IMG/VR virus record: IMGVR_UViG_3300033273_000658
Coordinates: 77,006 to 141,005 of that record
Source of the DNA: a virus
DNA: 64,000 nucleotides
Reading direction: 5' to 3' (one strand)
Position 1 is the stretch's first letter; every line of letters starts with the position of its first letter. Shown here in pieces: positions 8,574 to 17,390 of the stretch. The notes beneath the pieces are model-generated. The model saw only the letters and a program-made list of their open reading frames with translations, made no database searches and had not been told where the DNA came from. The translations under genes and the position numbers were made by a program.

Positions 8574-8736
8574 TTTAGTAAAATGTATAGAAACAGACTA
8601 CGGAATAGGTATAATCACAATGAAAAGACCTTTTGGTGGTTTTATAGTGTGTTTTCCAAACTCAAAGTTAAAACATAGCGACAAGTGTATTGGTTTATCA
8701 AGAGGAAACTTGGAGGTGATCAATGAAAAAAGGTAG
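8560..8736 (+). CDS. KOW/SH3-like micro-protein
   Basis: MKIGDLVKC...NLEVINEKR. Confidence 0.7.
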   Translation: MKIGDLVKCIETDYGIGIITMKRPFGGFIVCFPNSKLKHSDKCIGLSRGNLEVINEKR

Positions 8737-8890
8737 TTTAGTGAGAATAAAACATTCAGCAGATATGAAACTCATAGGCACATTCGGTATTGTTTTGGGA
8801 GATTTGCAACATGGTCATATCATGATAAAGCGTTTTGTGGATGGTCGTAGAGATACCTATCATCAATCTAGATTGGAGCTGATAGCATGA
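8723..8890 (+). CDS. KOW/SH3-like micro-protein
   Basis: MKKGSLVRI...FGIVL...RLELIA. Confidence 0.7.
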   Translation: MKKGSLVRIKHSADMKLIGTFGIVLGDLQHGHIMIKRFVDGRRDTYHQSRLELIA

Positions 8891-9072
8891 AGATAGGTGA
8901 TTTAGTTAGGGTAAACAGTGTTTTCTCTTGGGAACATCAAAAATACTTAGGCAAGATAGGTGTATTGAGGCGCAAAGCAGTAGGTACGGATAGTGTTTGG
9001 CTTGTGTACATAGATGGAAAAACATTATTATTAAGAGATGATAGATTAGAGGTGATAAATGAAAGTAGGTGA
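8887..9072 (+). CDS. KOW/SH3-like micro-protein
   Basis: MKIGDLVRV...RLEVINESR. Confidence 0.75.
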   Translation: MKIGDLVRVNSVFSWEHQKYLGKIGVLRRKAVGTDSVWLVYIDGKTLLLRDDRLEVINESR

Positions 9073-9283
9073 TTTAGTAAAGGTGTCCAACAAAGGGTTC
9101 ACAGCGATAGGGTTCATCAAAAATATTATGAAAAGCCAGATGGGTGAATTTTTCATGGTACATTACCTTACCACCAATGGAGTCCCAAACTTTCGTGGAT
9201 ACACCAATGGTGGGCTGTGGTCAAAGAAGTATCTGCAATTATTAAAGGAGGTGGAAGATGAAAAAGATATTAGCAAGACATAG
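9059..9283 (+). CDS. KOW/SH3-like micro-protein
   Basis: MKVGDLVKV; resembles 12452-12646. Confidence 0.75.
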   Translation: MKVGDLVKVSNKGFTAIGFIKNIMKSQMGEFFMVHYLTTNGVPNFRGYTNGGLWSKKYLQLLKEVEDEKDISKT

Positions 9284-9446
9284 AGACAAGGAAGTTTTCA
9301 ATAAGATCGGCTTTGGAATAGTCACTGAGGATCTTGACGAGACAAAGTGCAAAGTGAAATGGCTGAAAAGCCAGTATGAAACTCTACAACTGAAAAATTA
9401 CATCTTTTTGCTTGACGAACAGGCAGAGAACGGCTATATTGAATAG
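9258..9446 (+). CDS. Hypothetical protein, paralog of 3548-3760
   Basis: Shared RH...GFGIV.ED...V.W pattern. Confidence 0.65.
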   Translation: MKKILARHRDKEVFNKIGFGIVTEDLDETKCKVKWLKSQYETLQLKNYIFLLDEQAENGYIE

Positions 9447-9463
9447 ACACAACAGGAGACAAC

Positions 9464-9619
9464 ATGTTAGATACAATAGAGAAATGTTATTATGTGAGCA
9501 GTGATAGACTGCATGAGAGTAAACCAATGACTATGTTTCAAGCTTTACGGTTTGCAGATAGTTTAGAGAGACAAGGACACAAGAACGTGTTCTTTTACAA
9601 GGGGCAGTTAGCGATATGA
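9464..9619 (+). CDS. Small hypothetical protein
   Basis: AGGAG RBS; TTGACG-N17-TATATT promoter at 9412. Confidence 0.6.
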   Translation: MLDTIEKCYYVSSDRLHESKPMTMFQALRFADSLERQGHKNVFFYKGQLAI

Positions 9620-9795
9620 AGATAGGTGACTTGGTAAAACTGGAATACAAAGGCGTAGATCTTGATGAGAAAGATAGATTGAAGATTGGTATTGTGGTCA
9701 ACAATACCATCACAACTTTACAACTGGCCAAGGTTCTTTGGAGTAATGGCGATCAAACATGGTGTTTATGCGAGCAGTTAGAGGTGATAGCATGA
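9616..9795 (+). CDS. KOW/SH3-like micro-protein
   Basis: MKIGDLVKL...QLEVIA. Confidence 0.7.
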   Translation: MKIGDLVKLEYKGVDLDEKDRLKIGIVVNNTITTLQLAKVLWSNGDQTWCLCEQLEVIA

Positions 9796-9971
9796 AAATA
9801 AAAGTAGGAAGTTTAGTACAGATACAAAACTTTGCAAAGTACAGTGGAATGATTGGGATTGTCATATACGTTTGTAGACGAGCAGGTTTTGTCGATAGTT
9901 ACGCAGTAAAGATCCCGAACACCACATACGAGTTAGGTGTGGCGAGAGAACAACTCAAGGCGTTAGCATGA
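9792..9971 (+). CDS. KOW/SH3-like micro-protein
   Basis: MKIKVGSLVQI. Confidence 0.7.
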   Translation: MKIKVGSLVQIQNFAKYSGMIGIVIYVCRRAGFVDSYAVKIPNTTYELGVAREQLKALA

Positions 9972-10123
9972 AAGTAGGTGATTTGGTTAAACACATGGGG
10001 CATGGTCGCATTGGTGTTATTCTTAGAGATCTAGTTCCCAATGCTAGGGTTAAAAGGTATCTTGTTCATTGGGGTGACTATCAGTCATCACAAGTAGTAT
10101 GGGCTTTGGAGGTGATAGCATGA
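9968..10123 (+). CDS. KOW/SH3-like micro-protein
   Basis: MKVGDLVKH...ALEVIA. Confidence 0.7.
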   Translation: MKVGDLVKHMGHGRIGVILRDLVPNARVKRYLVHWGDYQSSQVVWALEVIA

Positions 10124-10299
10124 AGAAAGGTGATTTAGTAACGGAGAAGTGGCGCATGTGGCGAAACATAGGTATCGTCAAGAGAGTAGGCAAAGACGGA
10201 TATACAAAGGTTAAATGGATCTTGAAAGCAGATCCAGTAGCTGACGATCAGTTTACCAGTGTGTTCGTTGTAATAGGAGAGATCAATGAAAGTAGGTGA
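10120..10299 (+). CDS. KOW/SH3-like micro-protein
   Basis: MKKGDLVTE. Confidence 0.7.
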   Translation: MKKGDLVTEKWRMWRNIGIVKRVGKDGYTKVKWILKADPVADDQFTSVFVVIGEINESR

Positions 10300-10441
10300 T
10301 TTGGCAGAATATTATTTACGTCCAAAAAGCTGGGGCATTATTGTAGGGATAGATACCTTTGAGTATGAGATGTTTTGGATGGATGGAAGCCGTGGATGGA
10401 TCTCAAAACGATCAATGGTCAAGAAAAGAGGTGATCAATGA
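10286..10441 (+). CDS. KOW/SH3-like micro-protein (duplicate pair, copy A)
   Basis: MKVGDLAEY...WGIIVGIDTFEYEMFWMDG. Confidence 0.75.
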   Translation: MKVGDLAEYYLRPKSWGIIVGIDTFEYEMFWMDGSRGWISKRSMVKKRGDQ

Positions 10442-10584
10442 AAGTAGGTGATTTAGCAGAACACCACATCAACTCTTGGTGTTGGGGTATTATTGTGGCG
10501 ATGGATACCTTTGAGTATGAGGTGTTTTGGATGGACGGAGAACGCTCTTGGGTAAGAAAAGAAATCATGGTCAAAAAATTATAG
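10438..10584 (+). CDS. KOW/SH3-like micro-protein (duplicate pair, copy B)
   Basis: MKVGDLAEH...WGIIVAMDTFEYEVFWMDG. Confidence 0.75.
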   Translation: MKVGDLAEHHINSWCWGIIVAMDTFEYEVFWMDGERSWVRKEIMVKKL

Positions 10585-10592
10585 CTTTTTTC

Positions 10593-10621
10593 TTGACAAA
10601 ATAATTCCAATCCTATAAGGT
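10593..10621 (+). promoter_or_regulatory. Early promoter
   Basis: TTGACA-N17-TAAGGT. Confidence 0.8.
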
Positions 10622-10650
10622 ATAAACATAACATCAAAACAGGAGACGAC

Positions 10651-11571
10651 ATGAAACTAGGTTACGCATGTATCAACAAAGGACTATCTGAACAGTCCAT
10701 CAAAAACCGTATCACAACCAACCGTACATTTCGCAAGGCTACCTTTGAAGAGAAAGGTTTACCTCATGCGTCTGCTATCTTCTTACAGAACAGTAAAGAC
10801 TTGCTTAAGATCCTCCAATGGAACGAGCAACACAACATCAAGTTCTTTCGCTTGTCCTCGCAGATTGTATCGTGGGCTACGGAGTATCAGCTCACTGACT
10901 TGCCAGACTACGATCAGATTGAAGAAGTTCTTTTTGAGTGTGGTCTATTCATCGAAGAGCATGGTATGCGTGTCACATCACATCCCGATCACTTTGTCAA
11001 ACTTGCGTCACCCAATGAGGATGTTGTTCGCAATTCTATTCGTGACTTGGAGATTCATGGTGAGATCTTTGATCTATTGTGCCTACCTCGTACCCACTAT
11101 GCCAAACTGAACATTCATGTTGGCGCGTCCTATGGTGACAAACCCAAGGCTATTGACAACTTTTGTCGTAACGTAGATAGACTATCCGATGCAGTACGCT
11201 CTCGTTTGACCGTAGAGAATGATGATCGTGCCTCCTTGTACTCTACCCTAGACCTCATGGAAGTTTACAAGCGTGTCGGTACTCCCATCGTACATGACCT
11301 ACACCACCATGGGTTCTGCACTGGTGGTCTATCCAACCCCGATGCTCTTACACTTGCAGTGTCTACATGGGGCGATACTACCCCCGTGGTACACTACTCC
11401 CAATCCCGTGCCATAGAACACAATGACACGTCCATCAAGGCACATGCACACTCAGACTCATACTGGACACCAGTGGATACATACGGACATGATGTGGATG
11501 TGATGCTTGAATGCAAGCACAAAGAGCTAGGTTTATTCAAGATGCGAGAACTATTAGGAAAAACTATTTAA
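10651..11571 (+). CDS. uvsE: UV damage endonuclease UvsE/UvdE
   Basis: LGYACIN, FFRLSS, HPDHFVKL, NIHVG, RLTVENDD, DLHHH, VHYS, HSD, DVMLECKHKE. Confidence 0.95.
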   Translation: MKLGYACINKGLSEQSIKNRITTNRTFRKATFEEKGLPHASAIFLQNSKDLLKILQWNEQHNIKFFRLSSQIVSWATEYQLTDLPDYDQIEEVLFECGLFIEEHGMRVTSHPDHFVKLASPNEDVVRNSIRDLEIHGEIFDLLCLPRTHYAKLNIHVGASYGDKPKAIDNFCRNVDRLSDAVRSRLTVENDDRASLYSTLDLMEVYKRVGTPIVHDLHHHGFCTGGLSNPDALTLAVSTWGDTTPVVHYSQSRAIEHNDTSIKAHAHSDSYWTPVDTYGHDVDVMLECKHKELGLFKMRELLGKTI

Positions 11572-11585
11572 CAAAGGAGACAACC

Positions 11586-11834
11586 ATGAAAACAGAAAGA
11601 GAACAAGCAATACAAAACCTTATGAAAATAATGCCTGACCATACTGACAGTGCGTTTATAGTTAAACAAGAGGGTGATGATAGTGGCTCGTACCTATGTG
11701 TGTATGTAGAGCGCACAGAGACAGGTGCAGAGGTATGCAAGACCATCCCAACACCGTTTGAGGGATGGAGAGTGGTGCATGTGTGGTGTCCAGATGGGTT
11801 CATCAAGCACATACTGGAGAGAACGAGAGAATGA
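11586..11834 (+). CDS. Hypothetical protein
   Basis: AGGAG RBS. Confidence 0.7.
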   Translation: MKTEREQAIQNLMKIMPDHTDSAFIVKQEGDDSGSYLCVYVERTETGAEVCKTIPTPFEGWRVVHVWCPDGFIKHILERTRE

Positions 11835-12040
11835 AAATAGGCGATCTTGTTGTGTTATCGGCCAAAGGTGCGAAGTTAAAGCACAACCACAATTATTATC
11901 GTGGCTTTGGAATTATTTTAGAGGTTTACCCAGCGAAAGGATACTATGACTTCGGTATACAGTGGTTTTGCGAGGGTAGATCCACACACAACAAGAGAGT
12001 TTGGTTTAAGAGATACGAGATAAAGAAATTAAAACCTTGA
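11831..12040 (+). CDS. KOW/SH3-like micro-protein
   Basis: MKIGDLVVL...FGIIL. Confidence 0.75.
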   Translation: MKIGDLVVLSAKGAKLKHNHNYYRGFGIILEVYPAKGYYDFGIQWFCEGRSTHNKRVWFKRYEIKKLKP

Positions 12041-12065
12041 TTATGAAAAAACTTCAATTTTTTTC

Positions 12066-12094
12066 TTGACAAAATAATTGTAACCCTATAAGCT
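12066..12094 (+). promoter_or_regulatory. Early promoter
   Basis: TTGACA-N17-TAAGCT. Confidence 0.8.
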
Positions 12095-12124
12095 ATAAAC
12101 ACCACACCGAACAACGGAGAAAAA

Positions 12125-12322
12125 ATGATTGGAAAACTAGTAAAACGAAAAGAAAAAAAACACCACAAGTTTTGGGGAGTAGGTATAGTTTTAGATTACA
12201 GATCCACAGGAAGATTTTACCCCAGTACAGAACTGAAAGTGCATTGGGTTTCCTGTGAAATCGGTTCACAGATTTCTAGCATTGACATTGGGCTTGTGGA
12301 GTTTTTAGATGAAAGCAGGTAG
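12125..12322 (+). CDS. KOW/SH3-like micro-protein
   Basis: MIGKLVKR...VGIVL...KVHW. Confidence 0.7.
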   Translation: MIGKLVKRKEKKHHKFWGVGIVLDYRSTGRFYPSTELKVHWVSCEIGSQISSIDIGLVEFLDESR

Positions 12323-12455
12323 TGTAGTAGAAAATACTTTTGGAGACATTGGTATCGTCATTCGACAGATAGGTGTCGCAGATAGGTGGCTCATTCAATG
12401 GGCTAGTGGAGAAGTTTACGGTATCAATGGATACCAACTAGAGGTGATAGCATGA
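12309..12455 (+). CDS. KOW/SH3-like micro-protein
   Basis: MKAGSVVEN...QLEVIA. Confidence 0.7.
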   Translation: MKAGSVVENTFGDIGIVIRQIGVADRWLIQWASGEVYGINGYQLEVIA

Positions 12456-12646
12456 AGATAGGTGATTTAGTAAAAGTGACACACAAAGGTAATCGTACGA
12501 TTGGATACATCAAAAAGTTTGGACGTTATGGGAAGAGTTATGTTATGGTCGTGTACTTGACTGGCTCTCATGTAGGCAAAGAGCGGTTCTTCTCAGAAAA
12601 AGAAGTCCTACCAATCAATCAACTCATTGGAGAGGAAAGAGCATGA
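12452..12646 (+). CDS. KOW/SH3-like micro-protein
   Basis: MKIGDLVKV. Confidence 0.75.
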   Translation: MKIGDLVKVTHKGNRTIGYIKKFGRYGKSYVMVVYLTGSHVGKERFFSEKEVLPINQLIGEERA

Positions 12647-12822
12647 AGATAGGTGATTTAGTTATAGTAAAAGATGTTTTGGGCTACAACACGTACATGC
12701 AGAACCTTGCCGGTCACATTGGTGTAATTGTCAAGGAAAGGTACAATGAGCATTGGGTGAAAGTCCACATACTAGGAAAAACAAAAAGGATCAGCATATA
12801 TGATTTGAAGGTGATAAAGTGA
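12643..12822 (+). CDS. KOW/SH3-like micro-protein
   Basis: MKIGDLVIV...DLKVIK. Confidence 0.7.
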   Translation: MKIGDLVIVKDVLGYNTYMQNLAGHIGVIVKERYNEHWVKVHILGKTKRISIYDLKVIK

Positions 12823-12995
12823 AGATAGGAACACTATGCGAAGTGGTTGCAATAGCAAGTCATTTTCCATCACAGTTTGGTGATTTAGTGGTCATAACAG
12901 GATACACACATGGTGTATACATCACTGGAACAAACTTGAAAACAGGCAAAACACATCATTACAACCCAACAGAACTCAAAGAGGTGAAACAATGA
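12819..12995 (+). CDS. KOW/SH3-like micro-protein (GTG start)
   Basis: VKIGTLCEV; GTGA overlap. Confidence 0.6.
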   Translation: MKIGTLCEVVAIASHFPSQFGDLVVITGYTHGVYITGTNLKTGKTHHYNPTELKEVKQ

Positions 12996-13291
12996 ACGTA
13001 TACGAAGTTACAAAAACAAGACCATGGGATGGTAGAGAAACAATAAGTATTCACATGACACGAAAAGGTGCTTTGCAAGTGGCTTGCATAGAGGGTTTGG
13101 ATGCACTTTTGGGCTGTTTTCATGAAGATGATGAGGATTTAGCATGGGCAGAAAAGAGTCTTGAAACACTTGAAAACCCAGATCATACGCTCAAAATAAA
13201 AGAACTGGAAACTATGTTCGATAAATGCGAAGAACTTCTTTGGAGCATAGAAATGGAGGTAGAGGTGCATGAATACGCACTCAAACCATAA
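12992..13291 (+). CDS. Hypothetical acidic protein
   Basis: GAGGTG RBS. Confidence 0.75.
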   Translation: MNVYEVTKTRPWDGRETISIHMTRKGALQVACIEGLDALLGCFHEDDEDLAWAEKSLETLENPDHTLKIKELETMFDKCEELLWSIEMEVEVHEYALKP

Positions 13292-13314
13292 AAAAATTAT
13301 TTTCAACTTTTTTC

Positions 13315-13343
13315 TTGACAAAACAATTCCAACCCTATAAGGT
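13315..13343 (+). promoter_or_regulatory. Early promoter
   Basis: TTGACA-N17-TAAGGT. Confidence 0.8.
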
Positions 13344-13374
13344 ATAAAGACCAACCCAAACAAACGGAGACAAC

Positions 13375-14304
13375 ATGAACATTCATGAAAACAAGAACAG
13401 CTCAAACAGAAGTAAAGCAACATGTGGCTACTGCCGAGAAGAGGGGCACAACCAATACCAATGTCCACACGTCAAAGGTGATTGGGAGAACTTCCTATCA
13501 AGACTGGAAATTCCCAAAGACAAAGATGGTAACATCATCAGACGTGGCTATAATTACGCTGTATGGAGTTATAGTGGCAACTTCGATCCTCTCACTATGG
13601 ACATAGCCAATAATGCTCTTGCCTCATGGTTTCGTAACTGCAAGAAAGCATACCTCGTCCAGAAAGAACGTGGGTTCAATCTTGAACACAAAACCAAGCG
13701 CAAAGCAGTAAATAGAACATGTGGCTTTTGTGGTGGCAAAGATCATACAAGGCGCAACTGTACCAAGATGGAACAGTTTCTCAAAGACTGCTACAAAGCC
13801 AATGAGAACTGGCGAATGGCTGCCTACAAAGATCTTGTGTTGGATGGTGGCTTATCTGTTGGGGCTTGTATCAAGGTCTCTTATGAAACAGGCAACTGGA
13901 GTAATAGAGAGACTAAAATGAGCACCGGTATCATCACCAAGATAAATTGGAACACTGTAAATGTGTTCTCCGGTATGAACAAACGTCACAACGATGCTCA
14001 TTCTCCGATAGAGGTTTCTGTACTGGTAGATGGTGAAACAAGACGACTTGATAATCTTGCTGACAAGTTCAACACTGTCGGAGAGAATGGTAGAATACAT
14101 TCCTTTTGGAATGGTGCCCCAGCATGTTCACTGCATACAGTTATCACCAACTCCCCTACTCCCCTACCCCAAGAGTGGATTACTTCCTACAAGGAATCCT
14201 TTGGAACTCTTGTCAAGAAGAGAACTTATGAGCAACTACAAAACGGCTTGAAGTCCGATTGGCGACCTGCTAACCTTGTAGCTCACATTGACGCATGGAA
14301 ATAA
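13375..14304 (+). CDS. Protein with two CCHC zinc knuckles
   Basis: CGYCREEGHNQYQC and CGFCGGKDHTRRNC (Cx2Cx4Hx4C). Confidence 0.85.
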   Translation: MNIHENKNSSNRSKATCGYCREEGHNQYQCPHVKGDWENFLSRLEIPKDKDGNIIRRGYNYAVWSYSGNFDPLTMDIANNALASWFRNCKKAYLVQKERGFNLEHKTKRKAVNRTCGFCGGKDHTRRNCTKMEQFLKDCYKANENWRMAAYKDLVLDGGLSVGACIKVSYETGNWSNRETKMSTGIITKINWNTVNVFSGMNKRHNDAHSPIEVSVLVDGETRRLDNLADKFNTVGENGRIHSFWNGAPACSLHTVITNSPTPLPQEWITSYKESFGTLVKKRTYEQLQNGLKSDWRPANLVAHIDAWK

Positions 14305-14305
14305 C

Positions 14306-14488
14306 ATGCGTTATTCTCCCCTACATACAGGTGATCTCATACACATGTATGGATTGGAGAGCATGATAGGTGTGGTTGTGCGTGAAAGGCGCGAGGGTGT
14401 GTATGATATACACATCTTCCAAGACAATCGCACATTCACATTCCCTAGGGGTATGCTAGAAAAACTTAAAACAACGGAGATAACATGA
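14306..14488 (+). CDS. KOW/SH3-like micro-protein
   Basis: LHTGDLIHM...IGVVV. Confidence 0.6.
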   Translation: MRYSPLHTGDLIHMYGLESMIGVVVRERREGVYDIHIFQDNRTFTFPRGMLEKLKTTEIT

Positions 14489-14739
14489 AATATTATTTAC
14501 TAACCATAACAATCTATGATGGAGATCATGAGTATTGGGATAAAGCCATCGTCTTTATGAAAGATACATCAGATGAACACAAAGTGTTAAAAGCTTGGTC
14601 TGGTCATGATGATCTTGTTTATGATGAAGATCTCAGGGTGTACATGTCACCATATACCTATCGTGGCTATCGACTATATCATGCACAAGAGATAGAAGAA
14701 AACGACCTCCCAATACTACGCAAGTACCATATTGGGTAA
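14485..14739 (+). CDS. Hypothetical protein
   Basis: GGAG RBS. Confidence 0.7.
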   Translation: MKYYLLTITIYDGDHEYWDKAIVFMKDTSDEHKVLKAWSGHDDLVYDEDLRVYMSPYTYRGYRLYHAQEIEENDLPILRKYHIG

Positions 14740-14765
14740 ACGGACAAAAAATTTCAACTTTTTTC

Positions 14766-14794
14766 TTGACAAAATAATTCCAATCCTATAAGCT
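14766..14794 (+). promoter_or_regulatory. Early promoter
   Basis: TTGACA-N17-TAAGCT. Confidence 0.8.
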
Positions 14795-14825
14795 ATAAAC
14801 ACTAACCCAAACAAACGGAGTGACC

Positions 14826-15329
14826 ATGAACGCACTAACCAAAAGACAAAACGAAGTCTACAACGACATAATAGATTTTATCATTCACAATCATAGATCC
14901 CCTAGTTATCGTGAGCTAGGTGATAGACTTGGAATTAAAAGCACAAATGGTGTCTTTGACCATGTAAAGGTTCTTAAACAGAAAGGCCTTTTAAGAAATG
15001 AAACAAAGATAACACCTGTTTCTATGCCTAAAAAACAAACAACTAGTGTTTCTCCGTCATGTATTGGGTTAAACAAGACTCAAAAACTACTATTATTCAC
15101 AAGATTATTGACAAAGATAGGTTCAATGCCAAAAGATGAAATCTTATCTAAGTATGGAATCTGCGAAAGAACTTGGAGACGTTGGAAAAAAGATATGCAT
15201 GGAGCCGGTATTGCTGTTTATACATGGCGATGTAAAAAAACAAAGACCTCCTTGGTGGGTACACCCCATGCCTATGTCCAAGCTATGATTGATGAAATGA
15301 ATGAAAAATTAAACAAAAGGAGTAAATAA
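14826..15329 (+). CDS. LexA-type DNA-binding domain fused to a second HTH-like domain; no S24 peptidase domain
   Basis: LTKRQNEVY..I..F....RSPSYRELGDRLGIKSTNGVFDHVKVLKQKG; C-terminal ILSKYGICERTWRRW. Confidence 0.8.
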   Translation: MNALTKRQNEVYNDIIDFIIHNHRSPSYRELGDRLGIKSTNGVFDHVKVLKQKGLLRNETKITPVSMPKKQTTSVSPSCIGLNKTQKLLLFTRLLTKIGSMPKDEILSKYGICERTWRRWKKDMHGAGIAVYTWRCKKTKTSLVGTPHAYVQAMIDEMNEKLNKRSK

Positions 15330-15459
15330 TGATTCACCACAACGCATTTTATATGTTCCTCATAAATACAGGAATAGTGCTATTGTCAGCTTATTTCTTG
15401 GATAGATGGGCAACCTACACCCAAAGAAAGCCAATTTCCAAAAAAAATAAAAAAAATAC

Positions 15460-15525
15460 TTGACAAAATAATTTCAACCCTATAAGGTATAAACATCTTC
15501 ACAACGAAGAACTTTCAACAACAAC
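15460..15525 (+). promoter_or_regulatory. Early promoter plus hairpin leader (duplicated at 15836-15902)
   Basis: TTGACA-N17-TAAGGT; AAACATCTTCACAACGAAGAACTTTCAACAACAAC. Confidence 0.8.
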
Positions 15526-15534
15526 GGAGACAAC

Positions 15535-15816
15535 ATGTCATTTACCGACCAACAACTAAAACAACTAGGCACGTATGAGATACAAAATCTATCAGATGAA
15601 GAACTCAAAGAACTTACTGTTTCACAATTGGAAATCATCAAAGATACTTTACAAGATGAACGAGACGAACTTGCAAACGAATACAATACTGGCGACCCTC
15701 TTTGCTATCCCCCTGACTGGTATGATTACCACGTATATCCTCTTGATAGTGCAATCTCAAAGATCGAAGATCTCATGAAAGACGATGAAAATTCCGATGA
15801 AGATTCATGGTATTAA
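15535..15816 (+). CDS. Small highly acidic protein
   Basis: GGAG RBS; D/E-rich. Confidence 0.75.
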   Translation: MSFTDQQLKQLGTYEIQNLSDEELKELTVSQLEIIKDTLQDERDELANEYNTGDPLCYPPDWYDYHVYPLDSAISKIEDLMKDDENSDEDSWY

Positions 15817-15835
15817 AAAAACTTTAACTTTTTTC

Positions 15836-15902
15836 TTGACAAAGCTTTTCAACCTAATTATTATATAAACATCTTCACAGCGAAGAACTTTCAACAACAA
15901 CA
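15836..15902 (+). promoter_or_regulatory. Early promoter plus hairpin leader
   Basis: TTGACA-N17-TATTAT; leader differs from the 15491 copy at one loop base. Confidence 0.75.
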
Positions 15903-15921
15903 AAACTAACGGAGGCCTCCC

Positions 15922-16983
15922 ATGGCTATTGACTTCAAAACATTCTCTAACGTAATCAACCCTATCCTTAACGCAAAGTTCCCTGTCCTCGTTCGTGGTC
16001 GGCACGGTATCGGTAAATCTACCATCGTTTACCAAAAAGCCAAAGAACTCGGTCTGCCTGTCGTAGAGCGTAGAGCATCCCAAATGACTGAGGGGGACTT
16101 GCTTGGCTTGCCAAAGCAATCAGACAATGATGTAACTGAGTGGTGTCCACCAAAGTGGTTCAAGACTGCTTGTGATACCCCTGTTGTCCTCTTCCTTGAT
16201 GAAGTAGACCGTGCAACACTTGAAGTCCGTCAAGGTATCTTTGAACTATGCGATAGCCGTAAGATTGCCGGTCGCAGTCTTCATCCCGACACCCTTATCT
16301 TTGCTTGTGTCAATGGCGGAGAACATGGTTCTCAATACCAAGTAGGTGAGATGGATCCCGCAGAACTTGACCGCTACACTGTCTTTGACGTAGAACCTAC
16401 GGTAGAAGATTGGCTTAACTGGGCAAAGGGTAATGTTGCCCAAGAAATCTGGGATTTCATCAATCAGAACCACAATCATCTTGAACACAATGATGACTAC
16501 GAGCCTAACAAGGTTTACCCATCAAGACGTTCTTGGGAACGACTATCCACGACTTTGTCTGGAATGGGCGATCAGATTGAGGGTTCATCTGTAACCTACC
16601 ATATCGCTTGCTCTTTCATTGGCTTTGAGGGTGCAGTGGCATTCAAAGACTTCCTTGACAAATACGATCGTCAAGTCACCATCGAAGATCTTCTAGATGA
16701 TGGTAAGTTTGACAAGATCAAAGGTTGGAAAATCAACGATCACAATGCCATGGTCGAAAAGATGAAAGCAAAGAACATCTTTGCAGACCGTCTATCCGAC
16801 ACACGTCTTGATAACCTTGCAAAGTACTTCTTGCAACTTCCATCCGAGATTGTCATGGTTCTATGGCAGTCCATGGCTCAGACCGATGAGTCTACCTACA
16901 ACATCGCTAAACTTTGGGCAATCGAAGTGGATGGTACATCTATTCAAGACTATGTTGTCGGTATCCTCAACGCAGGAAACTAA
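15922..16983 (+). CDS. MoxR-like AAA+ ATPase
   Basis: Walker A GRHGIGKS, Walker B LFLDEVDRA, MDPAELDRY, PSRRSWE. Confidence 0.92.
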   Translation: MAIDFKTFSNVINPILNAKFPVLVRGRHGIGKSTIVYQKAKELGLPVVERRASQMTEGDLLGLPKQSDNDVTEWCPPKWFKTACDTPVVLFLDEVDRATLEVRQGIFELCDSRKIAGRSLHPDTLIFACVNGGEHGSQYQVGEMDPAELDRYTVFDVEPTVEDWLNWAKGNVAQEIWDFINQNHNHLEHNDDYEPNKVYPSRRSWERLSTTLSGMGDQIEGSSVTYHIACSFIGFEGAVAFKDFLDKYDRQVTIEDLLDDGKFDKIKGWKINDHNAMVEKMKAKNIFADRLSDTRLDNLAKYFLQLPSEIVMVLWQSMAQTDESTYNIAKLWAIEVDGTSIQDYVVGILNAGN

Positions 16984-17039
16984 GCCACAAAGGCTTTGGC
17001 TCCTTGTGCCTTGAAACAAGGAGACTATAATCCCTTTCT

Positions 17040-17390
17040 ATGGAGATACCCATGAGAATACACAAAGGTACATTCAAGATACGAGAACATGATGATGGTG
17101 AACGAAAGTGGTCTTATTACGATGGATCGTATGGCAACGACTTCCCTTTCTATGTTCATCGTAAAGAGAACGAAAAGTGGTGGACTTTATCTCACATGTC
17201 TACTGGCTACATGATAAAGAAGAACCTATCACTGAAAGAGGCAAGGCGATTGTGCAAGGCTCTCAAAGAGTGGCCTTTGTTCCTAATGCCTACTGCTGAG
17301 ACTTTGAACCATCAAAAGTCTTTACTACCAACCTACAAACAACAACTACTTAACAACATTGTACACAATGCAGGAGAAACCAATGAGTAA
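17040..17390 (+). CDS. Hypothetical protein
   Basis: ORF track. Confidence 0.7.
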   Translation: MEIPMRIHKGTFKIREHDDGERKWSYYDGSYGNDFPFYVHRKENEKWWTLSHMSTGYMIKKNLSLKEARRLCKALKEWPLFLMPTAETLNHQKSLLPTYKQQLLNNIVHNAGETNE

